A DNA stretch of 52,997 bases from positions 1 to 52,997 of the IMG/VR virus record IMGVR_UViG_3300009506_000043. The stretch is one strand, 5' to 3'. A model generated the notes under the pieces. It was not told the DNA's origin. It was given only the letters and a program-made list of their open reading frames with translations, and searched no databases. The DNA comes from a virus (taxonomy: Duplodnaviria; Caudoviricetes). This document shows positions 9,740 to 19,683 of this stretch, piece after piece. The translations under genes and the position numbers were made by a program. How positions within the stretch are numbered: the stretch's first letter is position 1; every line of letters starts with the position of its first letter.

Positions 9740-11640
9740 CAGAGCCAAGACTCCTGTCGTTGTCTCTTTTCCTCTTCGCGGCGCTGCCACCGCCAAGCCA
9801 TGCTGCCGTATGGCGGTAGCTGCTCTTGCTTCTTCACTTCAATTTTTGCGACTGACCCTATAGCTTTCCAGGCTAGGGCGTCGGCGATAACCCGGTCTCC
9901 GTGGTTTTCGCCAGCGCTGGTGGGGTCCAAGGTGATCTTGGCTCGGTCATGATCGACCGCCCCGGATGGTTGGTGGATGTAGTGCAGCATTTCCTCCAGG
10001 GCCTGCCGAGAGTGATTCACGAACTCATCCTTATCGATGGCCCGGCTGTATTCCCCGAGGAGTGCCCGCTTGTTCTCGCGATTGGTGTGCCAACCAGGCA
10101 GCTTCGTTCTCTTGCCGCTGACCACCTTTTCGCTCTCCCGCCAATAGAGGCCAGCCATACCCAGGGCCAGCGTCCGCTTGCGAAACTGCAGGCCTGGGCC
10201 ATTGTCTTCCCAGATCAGAAAGGCGATACCAGAGGACCCATGAAACCATTGTCGTAACGCATGGATATGTTCGGCGAATCTTTCGGGTGACTCGTCCGCG
10301 ATGGAATACTCGCCAACCTTTTCGCCGGTGTCGCGATCCAGGATACTCGCAACGGAATTGGTCGACTGTTCCCCACCGGTCCCGGTCGCCACGTCACAGC
10401 CGATGACGTAGTTGCGAGGCGGCGGCTCCCCATCGGCCGTCAGGTGCAACCAGAGGCAGAGGCGGCCCTTGGGATTTTCCTGCCAAAGCGGCTGATAGTC
10501 GTCGGTGAAGTCTAATTCCCCCCGAAGGAAGGGGGGGCAGGCGTATTTGGTGGCATGTCGCTCAATCATGGCCCCATCGAAAAACGGATACCCGGACCCG
10601 CCGTAATCCAGATCCAGCTCCTGGGCAATCAGCGCGGGGACCGGATTCCGGCGGCATTCTTCGTCATACCAAGGGCTGCGGACCTTGCCGTCCAGGACGA
10701 AGGGATAGTCCGGCTGGTAACGGTAGTCGTTGTCCAGGACGTGCAGGATGCCATCCCTAGTGTGATACAGACCTGGCCGCTTGAGAGGATGCAGAGTCCA
10801 GTGGAGGGCCATTTTGACCATGCTCACATTGGTGGCGTTCATCTGCTCCGCGAAGATGCCGGCCATGCCGTGGGGAGTGGAGGTGGCGACCCGGCAATTG
10901 GACACATGCTGCGTCGAGGCCCAGGCGGCGAAGCCGTCATCCGGCCGGAAGCTGCCCAGCTCATCCATCCCAAAGGCTGTCTTGCGGCCACCTCGGGCGA
11001 CATCGGCCGTGGCAGCGTAGCCGGTAATCACTGAGTGATTGGCATGGTTTGTTAGGTTGCACTTGACCCTAGTGAAGGGCGGCACCATCCAGGCCGGTAA
11101 ATGCTCAAGGTGAAAGTCCAGTTTCCACATTAGACAGTCAGGATCATTGGAACTGTCGACACATTCTTCCGTGCGGCTGACAAGCCCATAGGCATGCCGG
11201 TGATAGAACAGCCAGCGGTGGAAAAAGACAGTGAGAAACATCCATGTCATGCCCATGTCGCGGGACTTCTCGATGCCAATGTCTCGCTTCCCCAAAAACC
11301 GATCAAGCGTCAGTAAGACGCGATCCTGAAAGGGGTAAGTCAGAAATGGCAGCACTGCGGGGATGCGCGGTTCATAGATGAACAAAAAGGAATTGACGAA
11401 GAACAGCAAATCGCGGCGACAAAGGATCCAGAGCTGCTGACGTGCATCAGTGTCAGACGCCGCCAGATCCAGAATCTTCCTGCGATACTCCAGATTGGCG
11501 AATGGCTCTTTCGGAACGCGGGAGTATCCGATCAGCTTCGCCAAGCGGTCGTCCACAGGTGGAGCATTGTCGTGCCGCATTAGCCTCTTCAACCAGGTAC
11601 TGGTCGATTTGGTCAAGTAGCTCAAACTGCCGTCGTCCAT
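9739..11640 (-). CDS. terL: Terminase large subunit
   Basis: YPFQ adenine-binding motif, KSRDMGMT Walker A, FGMDE Walker B, STPHG, nuclease motifs IGCDVATG and HGDRVIAD; true start may be ~11580. Confidence 0.93.
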   Translation of the reverse strand: MDDGSLSYLTKSTSTWLKRLMRHDNAPPVDDRLAKLIGYSRVPKEPFANLEYRRKILDLAASDTDARQQLWILCRRDLLFFVNSFLFIYEPRIPAVLPFLTYPFQDRVLLTLDRFLGKRDIGIEKSRDMGMTWMFLTVFFHRWLFYHRHAYGLVSRTEECVDSSNDPDCLMWKLDFHLEHLPAWMVPPFTRVKCNLTNHANHSVITGYAATADVARGGRKTAFGMDELGSFRPDDGFAAWASTQHVSNCRVATSTPHGMAGIFAEQMNATNVSMVKMALHWTLHPLKRPGLYHTRDGILHVLDNDYRYQPDYPFVLDGKVRSPWYDEECRRNPVPALIAQELDLDYGGSGYPFFDGAMIERHATKYACPPFLRGELDFTDDYQPLWQENPKGRLCLWLHLTADGEPPPRNYVIGCDVATGTGGEQSTNSVASILDRDTGEKVGEYSIADESPERFAEHIHALRQWFHGSSGIAFLIWEDNGPGLQFRKRTLALGMAGLYWRESEKVVSGKRTKLPGWHTNRENKRALLGEYSRAIDKDEFVNHSRQALEEMLHYIHQPSGAVDHDRAKITLDPTSAGENHGDRVIADALAWKAIGSVAKIEVKKQEQLPPYGSMAWRWQRREEEKRQRQESWL

Positions 11641-11920
11641 CGTCCTTTAGTGCAGCCTCCTTCTTCATTCGCTGATAGGTGCGAACCAAGTGAACATGGT
11701 AGAACTCTCGGAAGTGGCCGAGAGCATAGACGAGTAATCCGTAGGCGCCTTCACTGACATTCGGAGGGCGCCGGCGGAAATTCAGAGGCTTGCCGGATTC
11801 CTTGTAGCAGACTTTGCCGTCAACCAACTCGACAAGCCGAATGACCTGATAAACCCACCAGACATCCTCGACGATCGAACCCTCAGAGACAGCCTTATTC
11901 AGACTGATTGCGGGCTGCAA
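11453..11920 (-). CDS. Putative terminase small subunit
   Basis: Directly upstream of and overlapping terL; start uncertain (TTG at 11920 proposed instead of 12211). Confidence 0.45.
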   Translation of the reverse strand: MQPAISLNKAVSEGSIVEDVWWVYQVIRLVELVDGKVCYKESGKPLNFRRRPPNVSEGAYGLLVYALGHFREFYHVHLVRTYQRMKKEAALKDDGRRQFELLDQIDQYLVEEANAARQCSTCGRPLGEADRILPRSERAIRQSGVSQEDSGSGGV

Positions 11921-14900
11921 TGATTTCTCGACGCGCTGTTGCTCTCGCTGTCGTGAAGGCCGCTTCGATTTTCTTAATGTCTCGGGCGGTGGGAGGGTCG
12001 TGGAAGTTGATGCGATTGGCGCGCTCAAGGGCGATCTCTCCTGATCGCTGCACGTATCGCTCGTATTCACCTGTCGACAGTAATTCCTTTCTGCCACGGA
12101 TTGTAATGAAGGGCTTCGGCAGACTGGGATGATATTGCAGGTCCCGTTCCGCTTCGGTCTGATGGGCCTGATTCCATTCCCAAAGCACAACATCTGCGGG
12201 GACTCGCTCACTCAGCCGCTTACCCAGCTTGACTGGTGAGATAACACGATACCACCAGGGAGTGGCTGGTGAAGAAGGCTGGATCACCCGACCCCATTTG
12301 TCGTACTTGTGAATCACGCCAGAGACAGGCAACTCGGCCTTCGCGAGCGTCTTGCGAACCTTAGTGCCAAAGTCGTCACCCTTGCGAATCCGGGTGTCAT
12401 ACACCTCATTGCGACCAACTCGCCAGGGCTGCCGAATGATGTTTGGTACAAATCCAACCAGGACATTCTGAGTCAACTGCGGAATGCCAGAAGCCTCTGG
12501 ATCGGTGAATGCGTTCACGATATCCCCGAGGTTCTGCAGGAAAGTCTTGTCCGTGATCTGCCGCAGGAATGCATCCCATTGAGAATCCGTAAGCGACTTG
12601 CCTTTCTGCCGATTATCCAGAAAGTCAATGATCGCTGGCAGGATTGTCGAGGCTGGTTCGAGGCCGGCATAGCTGAAGAATTGCTGGCCACCCCACGGAT
12701 ATCGGATGGAAAGTGGCGGTGCAACTGCCCAGGCTAGATCACGCGCGAGATAGTTGCGCGGTGAGCTGCCGGTGATGACGGGCGTGTCGTCATCACCCCC
12801 ATAGTACAAGCTGGCAACAGCAGCCGTAATTGCACCCCCAACCATCTGTCGTGCCAGGATCTTATTGAAATTCACTTCATGGCCGTGTTTCTCACTACAG
12901 AGTCGCCAGAGGGGCCAGAGCCCGATCCCTGGAAGTCGGGCCATTGCCGCCTCAAAGTTGTTGAGGGGAAAGTTATAGGTGGGAATCAGGAAGCGCCCAA
13001 ATGGCAGCTTGCGAAGACCTCTCGCCGCCTTCTTTAGTTTCTGCGTGCCAGACCACCCAGCCTGCATGAATGTGGCTTCTAATGCCTCATTGTACGCCAG
13101 CGTCCACGCAGTCGAGCGTCGATCCTTCATGGCGCTTTCGATGTAGCGGGCCATGTGCTGCTTATCGAGTCCAAATCGCTTGGCCTGGCGGTAGGCATGG
13201 GCACCGACCACAGAGTAAGCGTAGATCGTCTTGAACATATCATCAGAGGCGCTGAGTGGCCGCCAGCCAAAGCTTCGCACAAAGCGACCCCATGTGCCTT
13301 TGAGGGCAAACCGTCTATTAAGTACCTCGGTCTTGTAGACATCCCAATCTTGGGCAGCGTAATTCGTGGTGATCCCCAGCTGTTCCGCCAATGCGGATTG
13401 CTCATATGCCCAAGTGCTGGCAAAGTTACGGAGCCCTGGAGCAAGGCCCGCCCACATTCCCTTCAGGATGTATTTGAATTCGCCGAGCTGGGCCCCGGAT
13501 ACTTTCTTGCCAAAGAACTGCTGAGCCGCTTCATTCAGAAGTGCCTCGACGAATCGCTCCGGCCCCAACATCAGCAGGCCGAATCCGGTGTTGGAAATGG
13601 CATTCTTCGCATGTGTATGGGGGCCGCTGAAGATCGAATTGCTGTAGAACTCAAACATCTTGTCGGCCCAGGTTCCGCCCGCCCGCTCGATCATGATGAC
13701 ATTGATCAGCTGCATTGTTGCCAGCTCATCCTGGAGGGCGTCTTGCATCTGGTCAATGCTGATCTCCAACTCCCTGAGCCTCTCCAGGATAGCCCAAGTC
13801 GTTTCTGGGCTGTCAGTATCGAAGATGGCTTCCATGATTTTGCGGGCTCGCTTTGCAACGGGAGAACCCATGCAGATTGGATCGCGCATGTTCAAGACGC
13901 GGCTGATCCAACTTCGGGCCTCGCGGCGATAACGAGACAGATACCACGCATCATCAGCAGCCTCGCGACTGCCAAGTGCGCCGACCGTCATCGCATCGTT
14001 TAAGACCATGTTGATCACGACCATTTCCTCTTCCCATTTCCGAGGATCGTTGCCGAGATCAGCGTGTTCATGTGCCTTCATGTACTCCAGAATTCGATTT
14101 TTCTCCCCGTCGGCATCAGCCTGAACTCTTTTAGCGGCCTTCGCTTCAGCCTCGGCATGGGGATGATACTCGGGCGGGCCGATCTCTTCATCATATTTGT
14201 ACTGGAGGGTGCGACCGGCGATCGTCGTGACCGTATTGGCCCGACCAAGATAACGCTGACGTTCCATGAAGGAACGCATCGCATCGGTCTGGGTAATGCC
14301 CTCCCAGTTGACTCTGGGAGGTGGTTCGCTGGGAGCGAACATCAGAGTAGGTCCCACTCCGGCAATGGCACGACCGCTTATCCCTGGCGGGACTCGTTCA
14401 GCAATCCTTGCAAGACGCGCTTCACCAGCTCGCGTCTCTGTTCCGGGGAGAGGGCCGGTTGGGACGGGCGGCGCTTGGAGTCTTGCCGCCTTGCGGAGAT
14501 TCTTTGGAGCAACTGCTCGGAGTTTTCTGAGGGCTTGTTGGATTTCGGGATCATTTAACAACTCCGCGAATTCAGGAACGGCAGCAATGCTTTCCTGCCT
14601 GAGGGCCTTCACGACCTCCTTGCCCTTGGCTTTGGCCTTCTCCCCGATTTTAGCAGCTGAGGCGGCTTTCAGGAAGGACCAGATGGCGGATTGTGCCTCG
14701 GCAGGTTCAATGTTCAGCTGCTGGGCTGCGCGACGCACAACGGCAGTCAGGGCCAGGTAGAGGGTATGGGAATCAAAGGCGTTATCGGGTCGAACTCCAA
14801 AGAATTCGGCGAGCCAGCGGTCGACCGTCACGGCAGATAGGTCGCCAAGGAGATTCTTGCGAAAACTACGGACCTTCCAGCCGCTCAGCTCCGCGTTCAA

Positions 14901-17900
14901 GGGATTAACCTCAGAAAACGCAGTCACAAGATTGTTTACACTTGCCCCCAATACTTTCGGCTGGAGCCCCAAGAGAAACTCACGAACCTTGTCCGGCTCA
15001 AATGGCTCACCAGCCTCTTCCCAAGCATCCCAAATACGGAGCGCTTCCTTCAGATTCGTCTGTGCGCTGCGCTGTGGAGACGTGGCGGCTAACACATTTA
15101 CGAAACGCGGCGCCTGATCTCCGAAGATGGTAAACAGTGCCTGATGGGCGAATTGATACCACTCTTGCTTGGCGGCGCCGGCCTGAGCGGCGGCGACTGC
15201 TTCCCCGGTCTTGCCTTTGAGTCCCTCGAAGTGTTGAACCACTCGCTGTAGATAAGCCGGCCCAAGACCCCCCAATTCCTCCTCGGTTAGGTAGCGGGCA
15301 ACAGCTGGGGCCGTGAATGTGAAGAGTCCTTTGTCGCCGGCCTGCTGTGCTTCGATCAAGGATAGGAGCGTCTCCCGTACCTGCTGATCGTCAACCGAGA
15401 ATTTATGGTGAGCCTCTTCGCTGAGTTGATCAGCTATCTCCTGCAGCCATTGGTTATATCCGGTCCAGTCATCATCGGTCCAATTCTGAGAAACAAGAAA
15501 CATTCGCTGACTGTAACTGAGCGGCGCATTGGGAGCCTCTTGCCGCTGATGACTGTCCGGCGGCCCATAAAGGGCATCATTCAGCACTTCGGTAAACAGG
15601 TCGACGTCCTGGGTCAGATCGAGAATCTTCTCGTCACCCTGCCGAATGAGAGCGAAGGCGCGTGCCGCGTAATCCGGCTCCTCTGTGGCTGAGACCCCCT
15701 CTTCGTATCCCACGCCGCCCATAATGTCGGGAAACTCTGCGGCGACCGCTCGGCCAATCGTGTCCCACGGCACATCCATGCTTGAATGGTCCTTGCCGGC
15801 ATTCTCGACCTTGCTTAACGTGATCTTGGTCTGGCCGCTCTTGGCCCGAAGCATTTTGCGGGCAGCATTGCGGCGCCGCTTGGGATCGTACTTGAGTGCG
15901 TGCCGTTCACGCAGGTCCTTCAGAATCTCCTTGGTCCATTCCTCCTTTCGCTCGGGCGTAACGGTCTGGTTTTCCTGTGCAGCCCAAGCGTCAATTGCTT
16001 CATCTATCCGCGCCATTGCCAGGGCCTGGCCATTGACGTCATTACTCGGGCGGCCTGGACCTTTGATCAGTTCCGCCCGGCGAGCCGCAACCCGATCTCG
16101 CTGCTCCTTCAATTCATTCAAGACCGCCAGGGCATCAGGATCAGTAAGGTTCTTGGCTCGCCCGAACAACTTCAATAGGGCATCCACCAACCGCTGCCAC
16201 AATGTCGGCTGCTCTTGTAGTAACTGCTCACGGAAGGCGCCATCTGTGAAGAAGGTGCCGACCATCTCGGCCATTGCTTCCCGCCAATACCAGTCCGTCT
16301 TGTTGCCTTTGTCGTCGATCAGGTATTTGCGATACCCGGTCATATCGGGCGGCAGTCTTTTCATGTACTGCTGACCGAACTGATCAAGGCGCGCCTCTCC
16401 CACCAGAGCCTTCAAGACGTCCACTTCAGTAGCATGGGCCAGCTCGTGGCCGGCGGTGTACCAAATTGCCTCCTCAGCGGCTCGCTCGTCCAAGTAGAGT
16501 ACGCGAGGCCCTCGCACTCGTTCATCGACAAAGGAGATTTCTGCGGTGCTCGTGATAATGCGGACGTCATGCCCGAATGCTTGGGCTAATTGCTGCGCCG
16601 CCTTTTCTTGCGAAGAAGACGGTTCCCGCATCGAGGTAACTTCCACAGGCACGCCGAGTTCTTTCATCCGGTCATTGAGCTGTTCCAGCGATAACACCGC
16701 AGGTGGTGCGAGCGGGGGCTTGGCCTTCTCTGGAGCGGCGGGGACGGGCTGTATTTCCGTACCGGTGAAAAACTCCCCGAATCGCTTTCGGAGAATCCTG
16801 CGAACCTTGTCGTAATCGTAGTCCCTCATCCCCCTCCCCATGTCTTGCCGAATGTCAGACATGAGTGCTGGTACGCCTCCGAAACCGTACTGATGGAAGG
16901 TTGGATCGCCACGCTCAATCACATCGAAACGACCCATTACCTTATCAGTAAACGGCTGGTCCTCGTTGAGAGTGGAACCTTGTGGGACATCTAACAGCTC
17001 ACCAAACTCCGCCTCTATCTCCTGGGATATACGATCTGCTTTGTCCTTACTGCCAAGGTAGATGGTATAGTCTTTACCTTTCTGTCCACTACTGCGGCCC
17101 TCCTTGAATAAAACTCCCTTCTCTCTCAGCTTCTGCGTAACCGCATCCCTATTCTCCTTCGAGACGGCTAAATGCAACTTCCAGCCAGCACCCTCTACTG
17201 CCATGTCTTTGTGCATATCAGGAGCATTCGGGCTGCCGGCTGGTGGAACGTAGTATCCAGGAGTCTTCGCCGGCTGACTTACTGGTATTTGCGGGACGAC
17301 GGCTTCGACCTCGGCAGCTGCTGTTGCTGGACCCAACTCCCCAGGCGTCAGCTCCTGATAACGACCAGTGCGCTCAACCATGCGCTGGGCGAGCGCCCGC
17401 CTGATCGTGTCCTCATCCTGCTGGAGATCCTCCTTGCTCAAGGGATAGCCCATTGCCTTCGCAGCCGATGCCAGCCCTTCTTTGTCCAGATCCCTCAGCT
17501 GGTCATATTGGCGCTGGGCGCGTTCTGAAAGTGGGGCTGGCGCTGCCCCTACTTGTGCTTCCGGTGCTTGCTGTGCTTCGGCTTCCGCCCCGTGGCGTAG
17601 CTCAGGCCGGTTTTCGCCTGGGCGATTCTGATCGCTGATCCCTCCGAGTACCCCTTCGCCTGTAGGTGGCGCTTCAGGCGGGCGACTTTCGAGTTTTTCG
17701 GCATGACTGATCTCCTTCTGATAGGGTTTGACTTGCTTAGCCAGGATCTCCCGAATCATCGATTCGCGGGACCGAACTTTTGGAAATCCAAATCTCTTGG
17801 CAATATCCCACTTTGACATTGCCTCCAATTCCTGACGAATAGCATCCTCGGCTTCAGGAAAGGCCAGAACCTTTTCCTTCTGAGCCTCTGGAAGCTCCAG

Positions 17901-19676
17901 CACGCGGAGAAAAGATGGACCACCTCTTGGTGCCTGTTGTGCCGCGAGCCGCTCTTTAGACATCTGGACGATTCTGGCGCGGGCCAGGGCGTCCAGCCCC
18001 AGGTCGGCCAGGTTCTTCCTTGGAACCCCTGCAGCTTCAGCAAACTGGGTCCGGGTAGGAATCTCTGGTAGGTTAGCGAGTGCGTCCCATTGGTCGGGAT
18101 GTTGACTAATGAAGTCGCGGGCCAACTGCGTCCTTTTGTGCTCAGCCGATACTTCCGCCTCGGGAATTTCCTCGACCGGAGTTGGTTCGGGGGTTTCCGT
18201 GGCCGGAATTGGCTCGGGGGCGAGAACCTCCTGAACAGCGGCTTGAAACTCAGTCGGCTCGGCTGCAGGTTCGGCCGGCGGCGCTTCCGTGGCCTTTTCC
18301 CGTTCCTTCCTTGCCGCCGCCAGTCGCTCGCGGAAGTCTTTGGCTAAAGTGATCTGCGGGCCTTCCCCCAGCGCCTCCCTTATCACAGCGGCCCCAGCAG
18401 GGATCCCAAGGAAGCCCAGATACTGAGACATCAGATCGACAGCCAAATCCTTGTAGCGACCTTCCTTGATTTCCTCCAATGTTCGACTGTCGCCAGGCGA
18501 GACCGTCGCGGCTCGGGCAAACTCCTCAAAATACTCTTCCACCATTTCAAGCGGAGGTGCCTGCAGCTGCGTGCGCTTGGCGAATTTGGCGACCTTGCCC
18601 TTACCGAAAATGCTGGCGTGCTTGTTCATCATGAATTGCGCCAGCTTCTTGGGAAAATAGCCCTTCTGCGCCATCTTCCGGGTGGTTCCGCTGATCGTGC
18701 CACCAAGTGCCTCTGAGGCAGCCGTGATCGATTGGCCGATGAATGCCTTGGAGTAGGCAGTCAGTGGGCTTTCGCCTTCCGTCAATCGACGGCGCTCGGC
18801 CTCGGCGGCGATTTGCTGAGGCATGCCAAGGGCCTGGACGGCAGATCGAGCAACGACGGCGGCCACGCGGCCAGAAAGCTTGCGCGTAACGCCCTTAATG
18901 CCGGCCTTGGTGGCGGCTCGCATCGTCATCTTCGCGGCCCCTGCTCCGGCGCGAGCGGCCAGGCCGGCGGGCAGTGCGAATTCGGCAACATAACCTGGCA
19001 GCGAGGTCATGATATCAACGCCGCCCTGCGTCACTCGCTTATACCAGGCTTTCTGATCCTGATTCTCGTGCCAGCGATTCTCCTGGATGAATTGCCCAAG
19101 AAGTAGGTAATCACCTGAATCAGCTTCACCGGCATTGAAGCGATTGACGGCACCTCGGAGTTTGACCAGCTCACCGACTTCTACGCCGGTCCCCACAAAA
19201 GGAATTCTGCTGACCCAATACTTGAGGTTCTCGCGATTAGTCGAGAGATCCTCGAACATGGCCATTGCGCTCAGGAGTCGCTTTTCGGGCAGGGCCTGGT
19301 CATCTGCCCAATCATTCGGCTGAACGCGAGTGTAGGAGGCCAACCATTCGTCCTGATCAATTTGGCCTAGGGCAAATCGATAGTCCTCGGAGCTGCCCTG
19401 CCCTGCGCCTACACGGCGAATTGCTACCTGGGTCGGACGAAGGCCGCTTTCTAATCCGGCTTGAATGTCTTCGGGGACGGCAAACTCAATCTGCTGAGTG
19501 AGTTTGCCAATCCCCTGAGAGGCAGTCTCCATCAGCTTTGAGAGCGGCTTCTGTTCTCCATTGGCGGCTTGCCGGGGACCTTCCTTAAAGAGTCGCTGCA
19601 GACCCTCGTGTGAAATCTCAAGTCCATCGCCGAGAATCCATTTTGTGCCATCCCAGGTTGCGGGTATTTGGGCCAT
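11895..19676 (-). CDS. Giant multidomain internal virion (ejection) protein, polyvalent-protein-like
   Basis: 2593 aa; HELAH zincin motif, GWKLHL..GKDYTIY module, WY..AATSPQ..KVRSF..VTVDRW..QSAIW module, helical C-terminal core-protein region. Confidence 0.75.
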   Translation of the reverse strand: MAQIPATWDGTKWILGDGLEISHEGLQRLFKEGPRQAANGEQKPLSKLMETASQGIGKLTQQIEFAVPEDIQAGLESGLRPTQVAIRRVGAGQGSSEDYRFALGQIDQDEWLASYTRVQPNDWADDQALPEKRLLSAMAMFEDLSTNRENLKYWVSRIPFVGTGVEVGELVKLRGAVNRFNAGEADSGDYLLLGQFIQENRWHENQDQKAWYKRVTQGGVDIMTSLPGYVAEFALPAGLAARAGAGAAKMTMRAATKAGIKGVTRKLSGRVAAVVARSAVQALGMPQQIAAEAERRRLTEGESPLTAYSKAFIGQSITAASEALGGTISGTTRKMAQKGYFPKKLAQFMMNKHASIFGKGKVAKFAKRTQLQAPPLEMVEEYFEEFARAATVSPGDSRTLEEIKEGRYKDLAVDLMSQYLGFLGIPAGAAVIREALGEGPQITLAKDFRERLAAARKEREKATEAPPAEPAAEPTEFQAAVQEVLAPEPIPATETPEPTPVEEIPEAEVSAEHKRTQLARDFISQHPDQWDALANLPEIPTRTQFAEAAGVPRKNLADLGLDALARARIVQMSKERLAAQQAPRGGPSFLRVLELPEAQKEKVLAFPEAEDAIRQELEAMSKWDIAKRFGFPKVRSRESMIREILAKQVKPYQKEISHAEKLESRPPEAPPTGEGVLGGISDQNRPGENRPELRHGAEAEAQQAPEAQVGAAPAPLSERAQRQYDQLRDLDKEGLASAAKAMGYPLSKEDLQQDEDTIRRALAQRMVERTGRYQELTPGELGPATAAAEVEAVVPQIPVSQPAKTPGYYVPPAGSPNAPDMHKDMAVEGAGWKLHLAVSKENRDAVTQKLREKGVLFKEGRSSGQKGKDYTIYLGSKDKADRISQEIEAEFGELLDVPQGSTLNEDQPFTDKVMGRFDVIERGDPTFHQYGFGGVPALMSDIRQDMGRGMRDYDYDKVRRILRKRFGEFFTGTEIQPVPAAPEKAKPPLAPPAVLSLEQLNDRMKELGVPVEVTSMREPSSSQEKAAQQLAQAFGHDVRIITSTAEISFVDERVRGPRVLYLDERAAEEAIWYTAGHELAHATEVDVLKALVGEARLDQFGQQYMKRLPPDMTGYRKYLIDDKGNKTDWYWREAMAEMVGTFFTDGAFREQLLQEQPTLWQRLVDALLKLFGRAKNLTDPDALAVLNELKEQRDRVAARRAELIKGPGRPSNDVNGQALAMARIDEAIDAWAAQENQTVTPERKEEWTKEILKDLRERHALKYDPKRRRNAARKMLRAKSGQTKITLSKVENAGKDHSSMDVPWDTIGRAVAAEFPDIMGGVGYEEGVSATEEPDYAARAFALIRQGDEKILDLTQDVDLFTEVLNDALYGPPDSHQRQEAPNAPLSYSQRMFLVSQNWTDDDWTGYNQWLQEIADQLSEEAHHKFSVDDQQVRETLLSLIEAQQAGDKGLFTFTAPAVARYLTEEELGGLGPAYLQRVVQHFEGLKGKTGEAVAAAQAGAAKQEWYQFAHQALFTIFGDQAPRFVNVLAATSPQRSAQTNLKEALRIWDAWEEAGEPFEPDKVREFLLGLQPKVLGASVNNLVTAFSEVNPLNAELSGWKVRSFRKNLLGDLSAVTVDRWLAEFFGVRPDNAFDSHTLYLALTAVVRRAAQQLNIEPAEAQSAIWSFLKAASAAKIGEKAKAKGKEVVKALRQESIAAVPEFAELLNDPEIQQALRKLRAVAPKNLRKAARLQAPPVPTGPLPGTETRAGEARLARIAERVPPGISGRAIAGVGPTLMFAPSEPPPRVNWEGITQTDAMRSFMERQRYLGRANTVTTIAGRTLQYKYDEEIGPPEYHPHAEAEAKAAKRVQADADGEKNRILEYMKAHEHADLGNDPRKWEEEMVVINMVLNDAMTVGALGSREAADDAWYLSRYRREARSWISRVLNMRDPICMGSPVAKRARKIMEAIFDTDSPETTWAILERLRELEISIDQMQDALQDELATMQLINVIMIERAGGTWADKMFEFYSNSIFSGPHTHAKNAISNTGFGLLMLGPERFVEALLNEAAQQFFGKKVSGAQLGEFKYILKGMWAGLAPGLRNFASTWAYEQSALAEQLGITTNYAAQDWDVYKTEVLNRRFALKGTWGRFVRSFGWRPLSASDDMFKTIYAYSVVGAHAYRQAKRFGLDKQHMARYIESAMKDRRSTAWTLAYNEALEATFMQAGWSGTQKLKKAARGLRKLPFGRFLIPTYNFPLNNFEAAMARLPGIGLWPLWRLCSEKHGHEVNFNKILARQMVGGAITAAVASLYYGGDDDTPVITGSSPRNYLARDLAWAVAPPLSIRYPWGGQQFFSYAGLEPASTILPAIIDFLDNRQKGKSLTDSQWDAFLRQITDKTFLQNLGDIVNAFTDPEASGIPQLTQNVLVGFVPNIIRQPWRVGRNEVYDTRIRKGDDFGTKVRKTLAKAELPVSGVIHKYDKWGRVIQPSSPATPWWYRVISPVKLGKRLSERVPADVVLWEWNQAHQTEAERDLQYHPSLPKPFITIRGRKELLSTGEYERYVQRSGEIALERANRINFHDPPTARDIKKIEAAFTTARATARREIIAARNQSE

Positions 19677-19683
19677 TAGTACC

